Part shown: positions 57,612 to 64,000 of the stretch, piece by piece
Layout of the letters: each line of letters opens with the position of its first letter
How positions within the stretch are numbered: the stretch's first letter is position 1
Source of the DNA: Burkholderiales bacterium
GTDB lineage: Bacteria > Pseudomonadota > Gammaproteobacteria > Burkholderiales > SG8-39
Length of the DNA: 64,000 bases
Direction: 5' to 3'
Assembly (NCBI GenBank): GCA_035499575.1
Contig: DATJYN010000018.1
Location: forward strand, 9,191 to 73,190
The notes under the pieces: generated by a model
Told to the model about the DNA's origin: nothing
Seen by the model: the letters and a program-made list of their open reading frames with translations, nothing else
Database searches by the model: none
Program-made: the position numbers and the translations under genes

Positions 57612-58352
57612 ATGCACAAGCTCGTGCTGCTGCGGCACGGTGAATCCGGCTGGAACCGCGAGAACCGCTTCACCGGCTGGACCGACGTGGACCTTTCGGC
57701 GCAGGGCGTCGAGGAAGCGCGCGCCGCCGGGCGGCTGCTGAAAACCGGAGGCTGGGCTTTCGACCTCGCGCACACTTCGCTGTTGAAGCGCGCGATCCGC
57801 ACGCTGCAGCTCGCGCTGGAGGAACTGGACCAGCTCTGGATCCCGGTGCACAAGGACTGGCGGCTGAACGAGCGCCACTACGGTGCGCTGCAGGGCCTGA
57901 ACAAGGCCGAGACCGCCGCGAAGTTCGGCGAGGCGCAGGTGCTCGCCTGGCGCCGCAGCTACGATACGCCGCCGCCCGCGCTCGAGGCGGGCGACGAACG
58001 CTACGAAGCGCGTGACCGGCGTTACCGGGGCCTGGCGGTGCCGAAAACCGAGTGCCTGAAGGACACGGTGGCGCGCGTGCTGCCCTACTGGGAGAGCGCC
58101 ATCGCGCCGGCGATACGCGCCGGCCAGCGCATGCTGGTGGCGGCGCACGGCAACTCGCTGCGCGCGCTGATCAAGCACCTGGACGGCGTGTCCGACGCCG
58201 ACATCGTCGGCTTGAACGTGCCCACCGGCGTGCCGCTGGTGTACGAGCTGGACGCCGGGCTGCGGCCGCTCAGGCATTACTACCTCGGCGATGCGGCGGA
58301 AATCGCGCGGCGGCTGGAAGCAGTTTCGGCGCAGGGAAAAGCCAAACCCTGA
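57612..58352 (+). CDS. gpmA: 2,3-bisphosphoglycerate-dependent phosphoglycerate mutase
   Basis: ORF 57303..58352 trimmed to ATG 57612: [20 protein letters not shown]. 246 aa. Confidence 0.96.
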   Translation: MHKLVLLRHGESGWNRENRFTGWTDVDLSAQGVEEARAAGRLLKTGGWAFDLAHTSLLKRAIRTLQLALEELDQLWIPVHKDWRLNERHYGALQGLNKAETAAKFGEAQVLAWRRSYDTPPPALEAGDERYEARDRRYRGLAVPKTECLKDTVARVLPYWESAIAPAIRAGQRMLVAAHGNSLRALIKHLDGVSDADIVGLNVPTGVPLVYELDAGLRPLRHYYLGDAAEIARRLEAVSAQGKAKP

Positions 58353-58366
58353 AACGCATCATTCCC

Positions 58367-59563
58367 GTGGCGGTCCTCATGCTTGCCGCGGCGGCCGCGC
58401 AAGGCGCTCCCGGCGCCAGCGCCGGAACTACACGGGCGGAAGACCTTGCGGCGCTGCGCGCGCGCATCGAATCGATGCGCTCCGAGCTCGAGGGCCGCGA
58501 AACCGATCGTCGCGAGGCGCGCGACGCGCTGCGCGCCTCCGAGGTCGCGATCTCCGCCGCCAACCGGGCGCTGCAGGCGCAGGAAGCCGAAGCGCGCGAA
58601 GCGCGCGAAGCGATCGGCCAACTGGCGGCGCGCCGCGCCGCCCAGGAAAATGCCCTGGAGGCGCAGCAGGACGCGCTCGGCCGCCTGCTGGCCGCGCGCG
58701 TCCTTGCGGGCGGCGGGCCCGCCAGCACCGGAGGCGCTCCCGACTTCGTGCGCATCGCGCTTTCCGGCGAGGACTTGTCTGACGCCGCGCGCAAGCTTCA
58801 CTACCTGGCTTACATTTCGCGCGAGGCGGCACGCATGATCGAAACGCACCGCGCCGGCCTGGCCGAGCTGGCGCGCCTGAAGCAGGATTCGGAAGGCAAG
58901 GCCGCCGAGCTGGCCGCCATCGAGGCGCACAGCCGCGCCGAGCGGGAGCAGCTGCTCAAGGAACGGCGCGAGCGCCGGCGCGTGCTGGATCGCATCGCGG
59001 GCGAGATCCGCGACGCGAAGAAACGCATCCGCGCGCTGGTCGCGGACGAGAGCCGCCTTTCGCGCCTGGTCGAAGAAATCGGCAAGGTCCTGGTGGCGCG
59101 CCCCGGCGCAGGCTACGCCAGGGTAAGCAGCGTGCCCGAGCCCGCGTCCGGCGCGCCAGCCGGCCCGTTTTCTTCCCTGAAGGGCCGCCTGCGGTTGCCG
59201 GTTCGCGGGGAACTTGTCGGCCGTTTCGGCACCCAACGTACTATCGGCACGGCTTCCGCCAAGGGCGTATTCATCCGCGCGGCCGAAGGCGAGCAGATCA
59301 GGGCCGTCGGGCCGGGCCAGGTGGTGTACGCGGACTGGATGCGCGGCTTCGGAAATCTGCTGATCGTCGACCATGGCGAAGGCTACCTGTCCATCTACGG
59401 CAACAACGAATCTTTGCTGAAGCAGAGCGGCGACGCCGTGGCGCTCGGAGAACCCCTCGCCACCGCCGGACAGAGCGGGGGCAACGAGGAAACGGGTCTA
59501 TACTTCGAATTGCGGTATCTGGGTAAACCTTTCGATCCCTTGAGTTGGGTGAAACTTAAATGA
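58367..59563 (+). CDS. Murein hydrolase activator EnvC-like (coiled coil + M23 peptidase domain)
   Basis: Tail of ORF 58052..59563. Signal peptide, a long Ala/Arg/Glu coiled coil, and C-terminal LytM/M23 (LLIVDHGEGYLSIYGNN). Start is GTG 58367 or ATG 58379. Confidence 0.85.
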   Translation: MAVLMLAAAAAQGAPGASAGTTRAEDLAALRARIESMRSELEGRETDRREARDALRASEVAISAANRALQAQEAEAREAREAIGQLAARRAAQENALEAQQDALGRLLAARVLAGGGPASTGGAPDFVRIALSGEDLSDAARKLHYLAYISREAARMIETHRAGLAELARLKQDSEGKAAELAAIEAHSRAEREQLLKERRERRRVLDRIAGEIRDAKKRIRALVADESRLSRLVEEIGKVLVARPGAGYARVSSVPEPASGAPAGPFSSLKGRLRLPVRGELVGRFGTQRTIGTASAKGVFIRAAEGEQIRAVGPGQVVYADWMRGFGNLLIVDHGEGYLSIYGNNESLLKQSGDAVALGEPLATAGQSGGNEETGLYFELRYLGKPFDPLSWVKLK

Positions 59564-60975
59564 ACGGCAGAATCAAGAGTATCGGCCTGGTCTTGGTCGG
59601 CGCGGTCGCCGGCATCCTGGTCAGCCTGAATTTCCAGGCGATCGGCCAGCTGGCGGCCCGCTCGCCGTTGCCGGTCGAGGAGCTGCGCTCCTTCACCGAG
59701 GTGTTCGGCGCGATCAAGCAGAACTACGTCGAGCCGGTCGAGGACAAGAAGCTCATCACCGAGGCGATCAACGGCATGCTCGCCGGCCTCGATCCGCACT
59801 CGGCCTACCTGGACGCGGAAGCCTACAAGGAACTCCAGGTCGGCACGCAGGGCAAATTCGGCGGCCTCGGCATCGAAGTCGGCATGGAAGACGGGCTGGT
59901 GAAGGTGATCTCGCCGATCGAGGACACGCCCGCCTATCGCGCCGGCGTCAAGCCCGGCGACCTGATCATCAAGCTGGACGACGCGCAGGTGAAGGGCATG
60001 ACGCTGAACGACGCCGTCAAGAAAATGCGCGGCAAGCCGAACACGCAGATCGTCCTGACGATCATCCGCAAGGGCGAACAGCAGCCGCTCGTGTTCACGC
60101 TCACGCGCGCCGAAATCCAGGTGCAGAGCGTCAAGTCGAAGATCGTCGAGCCGGGCTACGGCTGGATACGCATTTCCCAGTTCCAGGAAAAGTCGGCGGA
60201 CGACCTCGCGCGCCAGATCACCAACCTGTTCAAGCCCGGCCCGTTGAAGGGCCTGGTGCTCGACCTGCGCAACGACCCGGGCGGCCTGCTCTACGGCGCG
60301 GTGGCGATCTCGGCCGCGTTCCTGCCTTCCAAGGCGCTGGTGGTCTCGACCGACGGCCGCACCGAGGACGCGAAGAAGAAGTTCTACGCCACCAACGAAG
60401 ACTACCTGCGCGGCGTGAAGGACGACATGATGAAGTCGCTGCCGGCCGGCGTGAAAACCGTGCCGATGGTGGTGCTCGTGAACGGCGGCTCGGCCTCGGC
60501 CTCGGAAATCGTCGCCGGCGCGCTGCAGGACAACAAGCGCGCCACCGTGATCGGCACGCAGACCTTCGGCAAGGGCTCGGTGCAGACCATCATGCAGCTG
60601 GGCAACAACACCGCCATCAAGCTGACCACGGCGCGCTACTACACGCCGAGCGGGCGCTCGATCCAGGCCAAGGGCATCACGCCCGACGTGGTGGTCGTCG
60701 AGCCGGGCGACTCCGCCGAGGCGCGCATCCGCGAAGCCGACTTGCAGCGCCACCTCGGCAACATCCAGGACAAGGATGCGGAAAAGGAGTCGCAGCGCGC
60801 CAAGCCCGCCGCCGCGCCGGTGGCGCCGGGCGAGCAGCCGAAGCCGGTCGAGCTCGGCTCCAAGGACGATTTCCAGTTGCAGCAGGCGATCGCGTTCCTG
60901 AAGGGCGAGCCGGTCAAGGGCCAGCCGCCCGCGGTCGCGCAGACCAAGCCGGCCGCCGCGCCGAAGACCAACTAG
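59560..60975 (+). CDS. ctp: Carboxy-terminal processing peptidase (S41)
   Basis: 471 aa. PDZ (GGLGIEV..), the catalytic region LVNGGSASASEIVAGAL and ..TFGKGSVQ.. Confidence 0.95.
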   Translation: MNGRIKSIGLVLVGAVAGILVSLNFQAIGQLAARSPLPVEELRSFTEVFGAIKQNYVEPVEDKKLITEAINGMLAGLDPHSAYLDAEAYKELQVGTQGKFGGLGIEVGMEDGLVKVISPIEDTPAYRAGVKPGDLIIKLDDAQVKGMTLNDAVKKMRGKPNTQIVLTIIRKGEQQPLVFTLTRAEIQVQSVKSKIVEPGYGWIRISQFQEKSADDLARQITNLFKPGPLKGLVLDLRNDPGGLLYGAVAISAAFLPSKALVVSTDGRTEDAKKKFYATNEDYLRGVKDDMMKSLPAGVKTVPMVVLVNGGSASASEIVAGALQDNKRATVIGTQTFGKGSVQTIMQLGNNTAIKLTTARYYTPSGRSIQAKGITPDVVVVEPGDSAEARIREADLQRHLGNIQDKDAEKESQRAKPAAAPVAPGEQPKPVELGSKDDFQLQQAIAFLKGEPVKGQPPAVAQTKPAAAPKTN

Positions 60976-60979
60976 CTCA

Positions 60980-61723
60980 CTGGACGACCAGCAGCTCCTT
61001 CGCTACAGCCGGCACATCCTGCTCGCCGAAGTCGGGATCGAGGGCCAGGAGCGGCTGCGCGCCGCGCGCGCGCTCGTCGTCGGCGCGGGCGGCCTGGGTT
61101 GTCCCGCGGCCCTCTACCTCGCGGCGAGCGGCATCGGCCAGTTGACGCTCGCCGACCCGGACGAGGTCGACCTCACCAACCTGCAGCGCCAGATCCTCTA
61201 CCGCACGGATTCGGTCGGCGCGCCGAAGGTGGAAGCCGCGCGCGCGGCATTGTCGGCGTTGAATCCCGAAGTCGAGGTCGTGCCGCTGCGGAAAAAGCTC
61301 CTGGAAGGGGATTTTCCCGGGCTGGTCGCCGCCGCCGACGTAGTGCTGGACTGCTCCGACAACTTCGCCACGCGCCACGCGCTCAACCGCGCTTGCGTGG
61401 CGTTGAGGAAGCCGCTGGTTTCCGGCGCGGCGATCCGCTTCGACGCGCAGGTCGCGGTGTTCGACCTGAGGAAACCCGATGCGCCCTGCTACGCCTGCCT
61501 GTATCCGGAGGACGGCGAAGTCGAGGAAGTGCAGTGCTCGACCATGGGCGTGTTCGCGCCGCTCACCGGCGTGGTCGGTGCGCTGCAGGCGATGGAAGCG
61601 GCCAAGCTGCTGGCGGGCGCGGGTGAAACCTTGAACGGACGGCTGCTGCTGCTGGACGCGAAGCAGTCCGCATGGCGCACGCTGCGCGTGAAAAAAGATC
61701 CCGCCTGCCCGGTTTGCCGCTAG
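60980..61723 (+). CDS. moeB: Molybdopterin-synthase adenylyltransferase MoeB (start codon non-canonical, probably CTG)
   Basis: The track ORF starts at TTG 61142. The same frame is open from 60902 and encodes the conserved N-terminus LDDQQLLRYSRHILL..VVGAGGLGCPAALYLAASG. There is no ATG/GTG/TTG upstream of 61142; the only near-cognate is CTG 60980. Confidence 0.8.
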   Translation: MDDQQLLRYSRHILLAEVGIEGQERLRAARALVVGAGGLGCPAALYLAASGIGQLTLADPDEVDLTNLQRQILYRTDSVGAPKVEAARAALSALNPEVEVVPLRKKLLEGDFPGLVAAADVVLDCSDNFATRHALNRACVALRKPLVSGAAIRFDAQVAVFDLRKPDAPCYACLYPEDGEVEEVQCSTMGVFAPLTGVVGALQAMEAAKLLAGAGETLNGRLLLLDAKQSAWRTLRVKKDPACPVCR

Positions 61724-62292
61724 CCGGCGAGGAAGCGCCGCTGCGCGGCGTAGCTCTCCGTCGGCTTCTTCGCGAAGCCCGACTTCGCGTACTGGTGCAG
61801 GCAGCCGATGGCGTAGCGCACCAGCATCCCGGCATGCGCGGCGACTTCCGCGTCCGGCGCTTTCGCGCCTTCGCCCGGAGCGCGCAGCGCCTGCTTGAGC
61901 GTGGCTTCGAAGCGGTCGTAGAACTGGTTCATGCGCGCCTGCAGGCGCTCATGCTCGCCGACCAGCGCGTCGCCGGTCATCACGCGCACCATGCCGGGGT
62001 TTTTCTCGGCGAACGCGAGCAGCATCTCGACCAGCTTGACGGCCTGCTTGCCGCCGTCGGCCTCGTCGCCGGCGATCTTGTTGGCGAGGCTGAACACCGA
62101 GCTTTCGATGAATTCGATGAGGCCCTCGTACATCTGCGCCTTGGACGCGAAATGGCGATAGAGCGCGGCTTCCGAGACGTCGAGCTTCTCGGCCAGCGCT
62201 GCGGTCGTGATCTTTCCCCACTTCGGCTGCTCGAGCATCTGGGCCAGGGCCTTGAGGATCTCGAGCCGCCGTTCCCCTTTGACACGCGGCAT
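61720..62292 (-). CDS. slmA: TetR-family nucleoid occlusion factor SlmA-like
   Basis: ORF 61720..62331 trimmed to ATG 62292. Close to E. coli SlmA over its length (RRLEILKALAQMLE..ITTAALAEKLDVSEAALYRHF.SK..M...LIEFIE, from my recollection of the E. coli sequence). Confidence 0.8.
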   Translation of the reverse strand: MPRVKGERRLEILKALAQMLEQPKWGKITTAALAEKLDVSEAALYRHFASKAQMYEGLIEFIESSVFSLANKIAGDEADGGKQAVKLVEMLLAFAEKNPGMVRVMTGDALVGEHERLQARMNQFYDRFEATLKQALRAPGEGAKAPDAEVAAHAGMLVRYAIGCLHQYAKSGFAKKPTESYAAQRRFLAG

Positions 62293-62308
62293 GGGAGAAA
62301 TTCTACGC

Positions 62309-62974
62309 TTAGTGGGAATGCCGGAATACAAGCCTGGGCAATTGCGTGACCGATCCGACGCGCAGGTCGGCGAACGACGCGCGTCTTGTTTCGCCGCTGA
62401 CCCAGACCGTTGACATGCCGAGCCTTTTGGCGGCGCGCAGGTTTTCCGGCATGTCGTCGATCAGCGCGCAGCGCCGCGCTTCGAGGTTGTGCGCCCGCAG
62501 CAGCACGCGGAAACCCTGCACCGCGGGCTTGGGCCGGTAGCGCGTGCTCTCGATGGTGTAGACCGCGTCGAACCAGCGCGCGACGCCGAGCGCGCGCAGC
62601 ACTTCCTCGACGTAGTGGCGCGGCGCGTTGGAGAACACCAGCCGCTTGCCCTCGAGGCGGGCGAGCGCGTGGCCGAGCGCGTATTCGCCGACCACCATCG
62701 GCGCGAGCTCCGGGAACTGGTGCGTCTCGCGGATGAATTTCCTCGGGTCCTCGCCGTGGTGCCGCACCAGGCCGCGCATCGTGGTGCCGTAGCGCTCCCA
62801 GAAAAACCGCCGCATGCGGTTGGCGCCTTCCTCGTCCACCGAGAAGCGGCGCATCAGCCAGGCGTTCATCTGGCCGTGCATCGACGGGAAAATGTGCGGC
62901 CGCGCGTCGTGCAGCGTGTTGTCGAGGTCGAAGATCCACGCCCGCCTCGACGGCGGGACGCCCAGGATGCGCAC
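62309..62974 (-). CDS. HAD-family pyrimidine 5'-nucleotidase
   Basis: HAD motif I WIFDLDNTLH and motif IV-like LIDDMPENL. 221 aa. Confidence 0.85.
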   Translation of the reverse strand: MRILGVPPSRRAWIFDLDNTLHDARPHIFPSMHGQMNAWLMRRFSVDEEGANRMRRFFWERYGTTMRGLVRHHGEDPRKFIRETHQFPELAPMVVGEYALGHALARLEGKRLVFSNAPRHYVEEVLRALGVARWFDAVYTIESTRYRPKPAVQGFRVLLRAHNLEARRCALIDDMPENLRAAKRLGMSTVWVSGETRRASFADLRVGSVTQLPRLVFRHSH

Positions 62975-62986
62975 GGGTTTCCCTGT

Positions 62987-64000
<1,014 letters not shown>

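Noticed and set aside
58589-58612. Tandem 9-mer GAAGCGCGC x2.7
   Set aside because: It lies inside the EnvC-like coiled-coil region and simply encodes EAREAREA. It is low-complexity coding sequence, not a repeat element.

Overview
Visibly high-GC (roughly two-thirds G+C by eye, not computed), gene-dense chromosomal segment. Its core-genome synteny looks betaproteobacterial: ispE-tRNAGln-prs-rplY-pth-ychF, lolB-TPR-mutM, rsmD/ftsYEX-rpoH and grxC-secB-gpsA. The Sox genes suggest a Thiobacillus/Sulfuritalea-like sulfur oxidiser, but that is inference only. I support about 78 protein genes and one tRNA-Gln(UUG). I found no rRNA, CRISPR, transposase, integrase or recognisable defence genes. Main blocks in order: (1) ruvC-yebC. 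(2) A truncated Sox cluster soxYZAXB with a translationally coupled MBL hydrolase and a DsrE-like lipoprotein (3.0-8.3 kb). (3) A roughly 13 kb phosphate block: PAP2-GT4-dgkA-ppk, divergent ppx, then sixA-phoR-phoB-phoU-pstBACS with a near-consensus Pho box (8.3-21.4 kb). (4) gabD plus a desaturase. (5) A di-haem peroxidase operon that also encodes a small His/Met-motif periplasmic protein and a membrane-anchored ankyrin protein, next to a stand-alone cNMP-binding protein (23.7-27.6 kb). (6) Housekeeping genes. (7) A MASE1 kinase and NarL-type regulator followed by an HTH-only ORF and a degenerate ATPase-only ORF (39.9-43.0 kb). (8) An aa3-type cytochrome oxidase structural and assembly cluster with no ctaA/COX15 (43.2-50.6 kb). 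(9) More housekeeping genes to argB and a partial hsp20. Many long ORF-track entries are antisense or out-of-frame artefacts of high GC, and many real genes needed 5' trimming. Nothing here is clearly a new system. The best candidates for follow-up are the ankyrin/small-protein/peroxidase module, the orphan HTH plus pseudo-kinase pair, the DAG-centred lipid genes attached to the Pho block, moeB with no canonical start codon, and the oxidase cluster without a haem A synthase.
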